Assembly (NCBI GenBank): GCA_965277805.1
Contig: OZ255842.1
Location: 160,001-224,000 of the forward strand
Direction of reading: 5' to 3'
DNA: 64,000 nt
Source: Candidatus Lustribacter sp.
Lineage (GTDB): Bacteria; Vulcanimicrobiota; Vulcanimicrobiia; Vulcanimicrobiales; Vulcanimicrobiaceae
Each line of letters begins with the position of its first letter. The stretch's first letter is position 1. The notes beneath the pieces were generated by a model that was not told the origin of the DNA, did not search any database, and saw nothing but the letters and a program-made list of their open reading frames with translations. Both the position numbers and the translations under genes were made by a program. Below, piece by piece: positions 10,202 through 18,968 of this stretch.

Positions 10202-12217
10202 ATGGAGTCGACGCTCGAGCGGACGCTTGCGCAACTACCCGACGCACCCGGTGTCTACATGATGATCGGGAACGACGGGCAGATTTTGTACATCGGCAAG
10301 GCCGTGTCGCTGCGCAACCGCGTCCGCTCGTACTTTCAGGATAGCGCCGCGCACGCCTATCGCACGGTGAAGATGGTCGAGCGCGTCGTCGACGTGCGCA
10401 CGATCGTCGTTTCGAACGAGATCGAGTCGCTGATCCTCGAAGCGAACCTGATCAAACGCCACCAGCCGCCGTTCAACGTGCGGCTGCGCGACGACAAGCG
10501 CTTTCCGTACTTGAAGGTGACCAACGAGCACTTTCCGCGCGTCGTCTTTACGCGTGTCGTGCGCGACGACGGCGCGCGGTACTTCGGCCCCTACACGAAC
10601 GCCTCGGGACTCCGCGAGCTTATCGATCTCGTGCGCATCGTGTTCCCGCTGCGCACCTGCCGCGAGCCGATCGACGGCAAGCGCAAACGGCCGTGCCTGC
10701 AGTACCACATCAAGCGCTGCCTCGCGCCGTGCGTCGGCTATCAGTCCGAGGACGACTACGACAAGCTCGTCGACGAAGTGGTGCTGTTTCTCGAAGGCCA
10801 CCACGATGCGCTGATCCAGCGCCTGCAGCAAGAGATGGTCGACTCGGCCGAACATTTCAACTTCGAGGCCGCCGCGCGGCTGCGCGATCGCATCATCGCC
10901 GTACGCCGGACGATCGAAGCCCAGAAAGTCGTGTGGCGCTCGCGCGTCGACATGGACCTCATCGCGGTCGCGCGCGATCGCGGTCAAGCCTGCATGCAAG
11001 TCTTCATGGTGCGCAACGGCAAGCTCTTAGGGCAAGAGCACTTCATCCTCGACGGCACGGTCGATGCCACCGAACCCGAACTGTTCTCGGAATTTCTCAA
11101 GCAGTTCTACACCGCGCGCAGCGGCCAACTCGGGCTCGACGCCACCATGGCGAGCGACATCGCGGGCAGCCCGCTCGCGCTGCGCGCGGCGCGCGACCAG
11201 CAATCGCCCGTCGCCGAAAAAGAACGCTCGCGCCGCCGCAACAGCGGCGCTGCGGCGATCCCCAAAGAGATCCTCGTACAATCGGCGCCCGACGACGGTT
11301 CGGTGATCGAGCTCTGGCTCACCGAAGCCAAGGGCCAGCGCGTGCGCATCCTCAAGCCCGAGCGCGGCGAACGCGCCGAGTACTTGCGTATGGTGCAGAA
11401 GAACGCCGAGCAAAATTTGAAGTCGTTCCTCGCGCACCAAGAGGCGCAGGAGAGCGCGTCCGCATCGGCGCTGAACGAACTTGCCGCCGCGCTGGATCTG
11501 CCGGGTCCGCCGCATCGCGTCGAGTGTTACGACATCTCGAATATTCAAGGCACGAACGCGGTCAGCTCGATGGTCGTCTTCGTCGAAGGCCGCGCGAAGA
11601 AGAGCGACTATCGCCATTTCAAGATCCAGTACGACAAGGGTCCGAACGACTTCGCGATGATGCAGGAGACGCTGCGCCGGAGACTGCGGTATTTGCGTGC
11701 CGACGCCGACCGTCCGCCGGTGGCCGAAGGCGACGTCGCCGGTGCTGCGATGGAAGCGCAAGCGCGCAAACGCGATCGTTTTCACGAGAAGCCCGACCTG
11801 CTGCTGATCGACGGCGGCAAAGGGCAACTCAACGCGGTGGTCGATGTGATCCGGGAGATGGACATGATCGGCATCCCGGTCGCCGGCCTCGCCAAAGAAA
11901 ATGAGTGGCTGTACGTGCCGGGCAACCCCGACCCGATCGCGCTGCCGCCGAACTCGGCGGGCCTGCACCTCGTCATGCGCATCCGCGACGAAGCGCACCG
12001 CTTCGCGATCACCTATCACCGCAATCGCCGCGACAAAGCGATGACGAAGTCGGCGCTCGACACGCTCGCCGGCGTCGGGCCGGTGCGCCGCAAGCGTCTG
12101 CTCACGGTGTTCGGCTCGGTCAACGCGATCAAACGCGCCAGCGTCGATGAGATCGCTGCCGTCAAGGGCATGAACCCCGCGCTCGCATCGCATGTGAAAG
12201 CGGCGCTCAGTGGCTGA
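10202..12217 (+). CDS. uvrC: Excinuclease ABC subunit C
   Basis: GIY-YIG (PGVYMM..ILYIGKA..LRNRVRSYF); RPCLQYHIKRCLAPC; ECYDISN; LIDGGKGQL; RDEAHRFAI; C-terminal HhH. Confidence 0.98.
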   Translation: MESTLERTLAQLPDAPGVYMMIGNDGQILYIGKAVSLRNRVRSYFQDSAAHAYRTVKMVERVVDVRTIVVSNEIESLILEANLIKRHQPPFNVRLRDDKRFPYLKVTNEHFPRVVFTRVVRDDGARYFGPYTNASGLRELIDLVRIVFPLRTCREPIDGKRKRPCLQYHIKRCLAPCVGYQSEDDYDKLVDEVVLFLEGHHDALIQRLQQEMVDSAEHFNFEAAARLRDRIIAVRRTIEAQKVVWRSRVDMDLIAVARDRGQACMQVFMVRNGKLLGQEHFILDGTVDATEPELFSEFLKQFYTARSGQLGLDATMASDIAGSPLALRAARDQQSPVAEKERSRRRNSGAAAIPKEILVQSAPDDGSVIELWLTEAKGQRVRILKPERGERAEYLRMVQKNAEQNLKSFLAHQEAQESASASALNELAAALDLPGPPHRVECYDISNIQGTNAVSSMVVFVEGRAKKSDYRHFKIQYDKGPNDFAMMQETLRRRLRYLRADADRPPVAEGDVAGAAMEAQARKRDRFHEKPDLLLIDGGKGQLNAVVDVIREMDMIGIPVAGLAKENEWLYVPGNPDPIALPPNSAGLHLVMRIRDEAHRFAITYHRNRRDKAMTKSALDTLAGVGPVRRKRLLTVFGSVNAIKRASVDEIAAVKGMNPALASHVKAALSG

Positions 12218-13274
12218 TCCGTTCCAGTTCGCGAAGCCGCTGCTGCACCTGATGGATCCGGAGCGCGCGCACGAACTCACGCTGCGCGCGCTCGAAGTGA
12301 ATCTCGTGCCGGCGCAGCCCGTCGTCGACGAGCCCAGCATCGCGATCGATTTGTTCGGCCGCCGCCTCGACAACCCGGTGGGCCTCGCCGCCGGCTTCGA
12401 TAAGAACGCGCGCGTCTTCCGGCGCATGTACGCGCAGGGCTTCAGTTTCGTCGAGGTCGGCGGCGTCACGCCGCGTCCGCAACGCGGCAACCCGCGCCCG
12501 CGCGTGTTCCGCATCCCGCAAGATAATGCCGTCGTCAATAACATGGGCTTTCCGAACGACGGCGCGGAGGCGGTCGTGCGCCGGCTGGGCGGCGAGCGCC
12601 CCGCCGGCATGCTCGGCATCAACCTCGCGAGCAACGGCGACAGCACCGATCCGGCCGAAGACTTCGTCGGTCTCGTGCGGCGCTTCGCATCGTATGCCGA
12701 CTACCTCACGCTGGACATCTCGTGTCCCAACAGCATCAACGGCAAGGTCTTCCTCGACCCGGCGCGTTTGCGCGATTTGATGGCACGGCTCAACGCTGTC
12801 GAACGCGGGCCGTTGCCGCCGAAGCTCGTCGCGAAGGTGTCACCCGACGTCGACGATGCGCTGCTCGAGCAACTCATCACGGTGCTTCTGGAAGCGAAGA
12901 TCGACGGCATCATCGTTTCCAACACGACGGTCGAACGCCCGGCAACATTGCGCGGTGACGCGTCGATGAAGGGAGGGCTCTCGGGCAGCCCGCTCTTCGC
13001 GCGGTCGACCGCGATGCTCGCGCAGGTCGCATCGATCGCGGGGGGCTCGGTGCCGCTGATCGGCCTCGGCGGGATCGCCGGCGGTCCGCAGGCGTACGCA
13101 AAGATTCAGGCCGGCGCAACCGCGGTACAACTGTATACGGGCCTCATTTACGGCGGTACGGCCCTCGTCACGCGGATCAAACGGGAGCTTGCAGTCTTGC
13201 TCATGCGCGACGGATATGGCACTCTAAGCGAGGCCGTTGGGACGGCACGCTCCGTACGGAAAGTGAGCCCATGA
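12210..13274 (+). CDS. pyrD: Quinone-dependent dihydroorotate dehydrogenase (class 2)
   Basis: DPERAH; NPVGLAAGFDKNA; QRGNPRPRVFR; SNTT; GGLSG; VQLYTGLIY. Confidence 0.95.
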   Translation: MADPFQFAKPLLHLMDPERAHELTLRALEVNLVPAQPVVDEPSIAIDLFGRRLDNPVGLAAGFDKNARVFRRMYAQGFSFVEVGGVTPRPQRGNPRPRVFRIPQDNAVVNNMGFPNDGAEAVVRRLGGERPAGMLGINLASNGDSTDPAEDFVGLVRRFASYADYLTLDISCPNSINGKVFLDPARLRDLMARLNAVERGPLPPKLVAKVSPDVDDALLEQLITVLLEAKIDGIIVSNTTVERPATLRGDASMKGGLSGSPLFARSTAMLAQVASIAGGSVPLIGLGGIAGGPQAYAKIQAGATAVQLYTGLIYGGTALVTRIKRELAVLLMRDGYGTLSEAVGTARSVRKVSP

Positions 13275-13633
13275 TCCACTTCATCATCCGTTTGATCGTC
13301 AATGCCATCGCCTTGATCATCGTGGCATATTTGTTCCAAGGACACGGCGTGATCGTGACGTCGTTTACCGGAGCGATCGTTGCCGCGTTCGTCTTGGGCA
13401 TCGTCAACGCAATCTTGCGCCCGATCCTGATAATTCTCACGTTGCCGATCCAGATCGTGACGCTCGGCCTCTTCACGTTCGTGATCAACGGCCTACTGTT
13501 CTGGTGGGTCGGCCACTGGGGTCTGGGCCTGATCGTGCGCGGCTTCGGGACGGCGTTCGTGGCTGCGATCGTGCTCGGCATCGTATCGTTCCTGCTCTCA
13601 TGGCTGCTGCGCGGGGTCGAATCCGGCACCTGA
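13271..13633 (+). CDS. YvlD/DUF360 (phage holin 4_2 family) membrane protein
   Basis: GIVNAILRPILIILTLPIQIVTLGLFTFVINGLL signature. Confidence 0.9.
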   Translation: MIHFIIRLIVNAIALIIVAYLFQGHGVIVTSFTGAIVAAFVLGIVNAILRPILIILTLPIQIVTLGLFTFVINGLLFWWVGHWGLGLIVRGFGTAFVAAIVLGIVSFLLSWLLRGVESGT

Positions 13634-13637
13634 CCCG

Positions 13638-14417
13638 ATGCTCCGCATCCTGGTTGTCAATGACGACGGTATCGACTCCGAAGGCATCACGGTACTCGCG
13701 CGCGCGCTGCAAGCGCTGGGCGAAGTCACCGTCGTTGCGCCCGACGGCGACCGCAGCGGAACGAGCCACTCGATCTCGGTTCACAGCGCCGTGCGCGCGC
13801 AGGCCGTGCACGCCGACGACGGGCTGCGCCGCTATGCGTGTTCCGGCACGCCTGCCGACTGCGTGCTGCTGGGCGTGAACGAACTGTGCGGCGCGCGTCC
13901 CAACATCGTCGTGAGCGGCATCAACCGCGGCGCGAACCTCGCCGATGACGTGAACTATTCCGGCACCGTTGCCGCAGCGGTGGAAGCGACGATCGTCGGC
14001 ATCCCGGCGATCGCCGTATCGCTCGTCTCCTCTTGGCCGAAGCACGATCCGGTCCACTATTGGCAGGCCGCAGCCAACGTCGCGCGCGATCTCGCCGCCG
14101 ACGTCTTACGCGATCCGTTGCCGCCGGGAACGTACTGGAACGTCAACGTGCCGAACATCGCCGAATTGCGCGGCACGCGCTACACGCGGCTCGGCCGCAA
14201 ACAATACGCCGAACGTCTCGCGCGCGTCGAAGGCGACGCACAAAATCCCGAAGCGTCGTACTACTGGGTGTGGGACATGTCGCACCTCGGCGGCGGCGAC
14301 GATACCGACACCGTCGCCGTCGAAGCCGGCTACGCCAGCATCACCCCGCTAAAAATCGACCGCACCGACGATGTCATCCTGAGCTTGTCGAAGGACCGCC
14401 ACAATGATTGCCGCTAG
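13638..14417 (+). CDS. surE: 5'/3'-nucleotidase SurE
   Basis: ILVVNDDG; SGTPADCV; SGINRGANL; YSGTVAAA; NVNVP; SITPL. Confidence 0.97.
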   Translation: MLRILVVNDDGIDSEGITVLARALQALGEVTVVAPDGDRSGTSHSISVHSAVRAQAVHADDGLRRYACSGTPADCVLLGVNELCGARPNIVVSGINRGANLADDVNYSGTVAAAVEATIVGIPAIAVSLVSSWPKHDPVHYWQAAANVARDLAADVLRDPLPPGTYWNVNVPNIAELRGTRYTRLGRKQYAERLARVEGDAQNPEASYYWVWDMSHLGGGDDTDTVAVEAGYASITPLKIDRTDDVILSLSKDRHNDCR

Positions 14418-15384
14418 CTTCACCAAAACCGGCCCTGCCCGCGAGGTGCTCCACGTCGGCGAAATGCCGACGCCGCAACCGGGCCCGGGCGAAGTGCGCG
14501 TCAAGCTCGCCACATCGGGCGTCAATCCATCCGACGTGAAACGCCGCGGCGCGCCGCCGCCGGGGAAACCCGCCGAGTTTCCCGTGGTGATCCCGCACAG
14601 CGACGGCGCCGGAACGATCGATGCCGTCGGCGCGGGCGTTCCGCAAAGCCGCATCGGCGAGCGCGTCTGGACGATCAACGCGCAATACCGCCGCCCATTC
14701 GGCACGGCTGCGGAATACTGCGTCGTCCCGAGCGCGTTCGCACCGCAGCTGCCGGACAACACCGACTTCGCGGTCGGCGCATGCCTCGGCGTCCCCGCGC
14801 TCACGGCCTATCACGCGATCATGCTCGACGGTTCCGTGCGCGGCAAGACGCTGCTGATCCAAGGCGGAGCCGGCGCGGTCGCGTTCTACGCGATTCAGTT
14901 CGCGAAGCTCGACGGCGCGACCGTGATCACGACCGTCAGCTCGGAGGAGAAGGCCGAACGCGCCCGCAGCGCCGGCGCCGATCACGTCGTGAACTACCGC
15001 ACCGAAAACCTGAAAGAACGCATCGCGGACATCACGAGCGGCAAAGGCGCCGACCGCATCATTGAGGTCGACTTGAAATCCAACGCGATGACCTACCCGG
15101 ACATCCTCGTCGATCATGGCAAAGCCGTCATCTATGGCTCCGGAGCCGGCCCGATCCAGATCCCGTCGTTCATCCCCACCAGCACCACGCTGCAGTTCAT
15201 CTTGGTTTATACGCTGACGGACGCCGAGCGCACGAACCATGTCGCGGCCCTCAACGCCCTGCTGAGCGCCGGAAAGCTGAAACACGCGATCGGTAAGCAC
15301 TACCCCCTTGCCCAAATTGTCGCCGCCCACGAAGACGTGGAGGCCGGCAGCTTCGGGAACGTGATCGTCGATATTCCGGGCTAG
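14404..15384 (+). CDS. NADPH:quinone reductase (zeta-crystallin MDR)
   Basis: SGVNPSDVK; IPHSDGAG; GTAAEY; GVPALTAY; QGGAGAVA. Confidence 0.9.
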   Translation: MIAASFTKTGPAREVLHVGEMPTPQPGPGEVRVKLATSGVNPSDVKRRGAPPPGKPAEFPVVIPHSDGAGTIDAVGAGVPQSRIGERVWTINAQYRRPFGTAAEYCVVPSAFAPQLPDNTDFAVGACLGVPALTAYHAIMLDGSVRGKTLLIQGGAGAVAFYAIQFAKLDGATVITTVSSEEKAERARSAGADHVVNYRTENLKERIADITSGKGADRIIEVDLKSNAMTYPDILVDHGKAVIYGSGAGPIQIPSFIPTSTTLQFILVYTLTDAERTNHVAALNALLSAGKLKHAIGKHYPLAQIVAAHEDVEAGSFGNVIVDIPG

Positions 15385-15424
15385 GACGGAAACCAAAGCC
15401 GGGACGGGAATCGTTCCTCTAACG

Positions 15425-17032
15425 ATGGGGACCGGCTTCGGGGAATCTTTGGAACGGCTTAGGGCGCTGGCGCTCGTGCTCGTGCTCGCGCTGGGCGGCT
15501 GTGCGGCCAGCGCCGAGACCCAGCGCGATCCCAACACGCTGGTCGCGCTAACGCGCGCCGACGGCGCGACGATGAACCCGATGTATGCGACGACGGTCCA
15601 GGACGGGCTCATCTATGCGGCGCTGCTGTTCGACAGCCTCTCGTACGTCGGCCCCGATTACTTACCGCATCCAAGGTTGGCCACGTCGTGGTCGCACTCG
15701 CCCGACGGGAAGCACTGGACGGTCGATTTGCGGCGCGACGTGAAGTGGTCGGACGGCGTTCCGTTCACCTCGAAAGACGTCGTCTTCAGCTACAATCTCT
15801 TCCTCAATCCGAAGACCGGCTTTCTCGACATCGGCACCATCAAAAACGTGAAGCGCGTCTATGCCGATGGTCCCTATCGCGTGCACTTCGACATCGCGTT
15901 TCCGAATGCGATCTTCACGCTCGGCGTGCTCGGCGAGGACCTCCTTCCGGAGCACGTCTTGGGCAAGATCCCGCCCGACCGGCAGCGGTTTTCGTCGTTC
16001 GGGGAACATCCGATCGGTACCGGGCCTTACGTGCTGAAAAGCTGGCAGCACGACAGCGAAGTCGTATTCGAGCGTAATCCGTATGCCTACCGTCCGCCCA
16101 AGATCGACCGCATCGACATGCGTATCATCTTCAACGATCAAGCGGAACTGGAAGCGCTTGCTAACGGCTCGGCGGATCTGATCGACGACCTCTCGCACAT
16201 TCAATACGTGCAGTTGCAACGGATCGCGCCGAAGATCAAGCTGATGACGTTTGCACCGCTCTACGTCGACGTCATCGAGCTCAACCTCCGTCACGCCGGG
16301 CTGGACGACGTCGCTGTACGGCAAGCGATGATGTACGGCTACGACCGCGAGGCGATCGCGCACGGCCTTTTCGATGACAAGGTGCCGGTGCCCGACAGTC
16401 TGATCGTCGCGTCGTTGAAGCACTGGTACAATCCGAACGTGCAAAAGTATCCGTACGACCCCGACAAGGCGCGCGCGTTGCTCGACGCGGCCGGCTGGAA
16501 GCTTGGTCCGGACGGGGTCCGCAGCAAGAACGGGACGCGGCTGGAGTTCGAGCTCTTGCTCAATCAGGGTTCGGCACTGCTCACCGATGAGATGCTCACG
16601 TTCATCGCCGACATGAAGGACGTCGGCATCGATATCAACCTGCGTCTCACGGACTTCGCGTCGTTGAGCGCGCGGACGTACACCGGCAAATATGATATCA
16701 TCGCCGACGCGCGCGGCGGCGTCGTGGACCCCGACCTCACCTCGATTCTCTCGTCGGATCAAATGCCGCCGAACGGTGCGAACACCACGTACTACAAGGA
16801 TGCGCGCGTCGATCGTGATCTGCGTCTCGGGCTGACGACGCTCGACGACAAAAAGCGCCAGGCAATCTACGACGACTTGCAGGTCGAACTGATGAAGACC
16901 GTGCCGATCATGCCGCAGGTCGGGCGCTTTGCCGCCACCGGCTACTCACCGCGGCTCTACTTCGATCCGAAGGTCACGCTGCAATCCCCGCTGGGTTACT
17001 ACAACGTCGAGGATTGGAAGTTCGCCCAGTGA
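15425..17032 (+). CDS. Peptide/nickel ABC transporter substrate-binding lipoprotein (family 5)
   Basis: Lipobox LGGC; LRRDVKWSDGVPFTSKDVVFS; PIGTGPY; YPYDPDKARALLDAAGW. Confidence 0.92.
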   Translation: MGTGFGESLERLRALALVLVLALGGCAASAETQRDPNTLVALTRADGATMNPMYATTVQDGLIYAALLFDSLSYVGPDYLPHPRLATSWSHSPDGKHWTVDLRRDVKWSDGVPFTSKDVVFSYNLFLNPKTGFLDIGTIKNVKRVYADGPYRVHFDIAFPNAIFTLGVLGEDLLPEHVLGKIPPDRQRFSSFGEHPIGTGPYVLKSWQHDSEVVFERNPYAYRPPKIDRIDMRIIFNDQAELEALANGSADLIDDLSHIQYVQLQRIAPKIKLMTFAPLYVDVIELNLRHAGLDDVAVRQAMMYGYDREAIAHGLFDDKVPVPDSLIVASLKHWYNPNVQKYPYDPDKARALLDAAGWKLGPDGVRSKNGTRLEFELLLNQGSALLTDEMLTFIADMKDVGIDINLRLTDFASLSARTYTGKYDIIADARGGVVDPDLTSILSSDQMPPNGANTTYYKDARVDRDLRLGLTTLDDKKRQAIYDDLQVELMKTVPIMPQVGRFAATGYSPRLYFDPKVTLQSPLGYYNVEDWKFAQ

Positions 17033-17988
17033 TCAACTTTATCGTCCGGCGCGTCCTCGGCGCGATTCCGTTGCTCCTGTTCATCAGCATCGTGACGTAC
17101 GCGATGATGGCATTAGCCCCGGGTGGTCCGGCGGCGGTGCTCGGCCCGCGAGGTCAAGGACTCTCGCCGGAAGTCGTCGCTCGGATCAATCAGGCCTACG
17201 GTTTAGACAAGCCGTGGTACATCCAATATTTCTTCTGGCTCAAGCAGCTCTTGTTCCATGGGTCGCTCGGAACGTCGTACGTCGACAACCGGCCGGTGAT
17301 CGAAAAGGTCTTCGAAAAACTCCCGGTGACGATCGAAATGGTCGGGCTCGCGCTCATCCTCACGCTGATCATTGCGATCCCGATCGGCATCTACGCCGGC
17401 GCTCATCGCGACTCGTTCTTCGATAACGCATCGTCGACGATCGGCTTCGTCTTTTACGGCATGCCGGTGTTCTGGCTCGCCATCATCTTGATCGAGCTGT
17501 TCGCCGTCCAATTTCGCTGGTTTCCATCGTCGGGCGTCTCGTCGCTCGGCCGCGAGAACGACGTGCTCGATCGATTGTGGCATTTGACGCTGCCGGTCGT
17601 GGCGATCGCGCTCGCGAGTTTCGTGAGTTGGATGCGCTATCAGCGAAGTTCGATCATCGAAGCAATGAGTTCCGGCTACATTCGTACCGCACGCAGCAAG
17701 GGTCTCTCCGAGCGCGACGTGCTCGTGCGCCACGCCTTCCGCAACGCGCTGTTGCCGATCGTCACGCTGCTGGGCCTGAGCCTGCCGCAACTCGTCGGCG
17801 GCGCCTACTTCGTTGAGTACGTCTTCTCGATACCAGGCATCGGCTACCTGACGTTTTCATCGATCTTCTCGCGCGATTACCCGACGCTAATGGCGATTAC
17901 GATGCTGACCGCGGTGCTGATCGTTGCGGGCAACCTGCTCGCCGATATCTGCTACGCCGTCGTCGACCCGCGGATCCGGTACGCGTAA
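17029..17988 (+). CDS. Peptide ABC transporter permease (DppB/OppB-like)
   Basis: YGLDKPWYIQY; YIRTARSKGL; HAFRNALLP; RDYP; DPRIR. GTG start overlaps the upstream stop. Confidence 0.93.
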   Translation: MINFIVRRVLGAIPLLLFISIVTYAMMALAPGGPAAVLGPRGQGLSPEVVARINQAYGLDKPWYIQYFFWLKQLLFHGSLGTSYVDNRPVIEKVFEKLPVTIEMVGLALILTLIIAIPIGIYAGAHRDSFFDNASSTIGFVFYGMPVFWLAIILIELFAVQFRWFPSSGVSSLGRENDVLDRLWHLTLPVVAIALASFVSWMRYQRSSIIEAMSSGYIRTARSKGLSERDVLVRHAFRNALLPIVTLLGLSLPQLVGGAYFVEYVFSIPGIGYLTFSSIFSRDYPTLMAITMLTAVLIVAGNLLADICYAVVDPRIRYA

Positions 17989-18885
17989 ATGCGCACGCTT
18001 CGCCGCTTTCTTCGCGAACGGCCGGCCGTCATCGGCTCGTCATTCGTGCTGCTGCTCGTTCTGCTCGCCGTCTTCGGCCCCATCCTCGATACGACCGACC
18101 CGAACGTCGTCGTCCATAGCCTCGTTGGCTTCCCGCAGGCGCCGTCGGCGGCGCACTGGTTCGGCACCGACTTGATCGGCCGTGATATCTTCGTCCGCGT
18201 TTTGTACGGCGCGCGCGTCTCGCTGCTGGTCGGCGCGGCCGCCATGGTGGTGTCGTTCTCGATCGGGATCCTCTACGGCGCCATTGCGGGCGCAAGCGGC
18301 GGGATCGTCGACAACCTCATGATGCGCTTCGTCGACGCGATGCTCTCGTTCCCCACGTTCTTTTTGCTGCTGATCATCTCGGCGCTGACCAACAAGTTCT
18401 CGCTGACGATCATCATACTGATAATCGGTCTAACGTCATGGCCTGGTCTGGCGCGCCTCGTTCGCGCCGAGGTGCTTTCGCTGCGCGAGCGGGACTTCGT
18501 CGAAGCGGCACGTGCGCTCGGAGCGTCTCCGGTACGGCTCATCCTGCGCCACCTGATCCCGAACGCTCTTGCGCCGGTCGTCGTGGCGGCCGCGTTCGCG
18601 ATCGGCGACAACATCCTAGCGGAGTCATCGCTATCGTTCTTCGGCCTCGGCGTCCAGCCGCCGGCGCCGTCGTGGGGGAACATGCTCCAAGACGCGCTCA
18701 CGCCGCAGGCGGAAGGAGCACCTTGGATGGTGCTCGCGCCCGGCCTTGCGATCGTCATCACCGTCCTCGCCTTCAGCGTGATCGCCGACGGAATTCGCGT
18801 GGCACTCGACACCTCGATCGGCCAAGACACGACGGCCGACGACCTCGATGTCGAACCCGCGCCCTACGCTGCCGCCCCCGCCTGA
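17989..18885 (+). CDS. Peptide ABC transporter permease (DppC/OppC-like)
   Basis: HWFGTDLIGRDIF; ERDFVEAARALGAS; HLIPNALAP; ESSLSFFGLGV; PSWGNML. Confidence 0.93.
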   Translation: MRTLRRFLRERPAVIGSSFVLLLVLLAVFGPILDTTDPNVVVHSLVGFPQAPSAAHWFGTDLIGRDIFVRVLYGARVSLLVGAAAMVVSFSIGILYGAIAGASGGIVDNLMMRFVDAMLSFPTFFLLLIISALTNKFSLTIIILIIGLTSWPGLARLVRAEVLSLRERDFVEAARALGASPVRLILRHLIPNALAPVVVAAAFAIGDNILAESSLSFFGLGVQPPAPSWGNMLQDALTPQAEGAPWMVLAPGLAIVITVLAFSVIADGIRVALDTSIGQDTTADDLDVEPAPYAAAPA

Positions 18886-18968
18886 GGGCGTTCCGTACGA
18901 TATCGTACTAGACGGCGGCGAAAGAGCATCCCAGGGAAGCCTGTAGGGGCTCAGTATCTTACGTTGCA

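Noticed and set aside
11111-11257. Intein in UvrC
   Set aside because: Too short and lacks the N-terminal Cys and C-terminal His-Asn splice motifs.
11027-12646. Long antisense or alternative-frame ORFs (also 539-1555, 14374-15612, 35236-36666 and others)
   Set aside because: Expected shadows of GC-rich coding genes; Arg/Ala/Pro-rich with no motifs.
13271-13633. Prophage holin
   Set aside because: YvlD/DUF360 is a chromosomal membrane protein commonly found near uvr genes; no phage genes are nearby.
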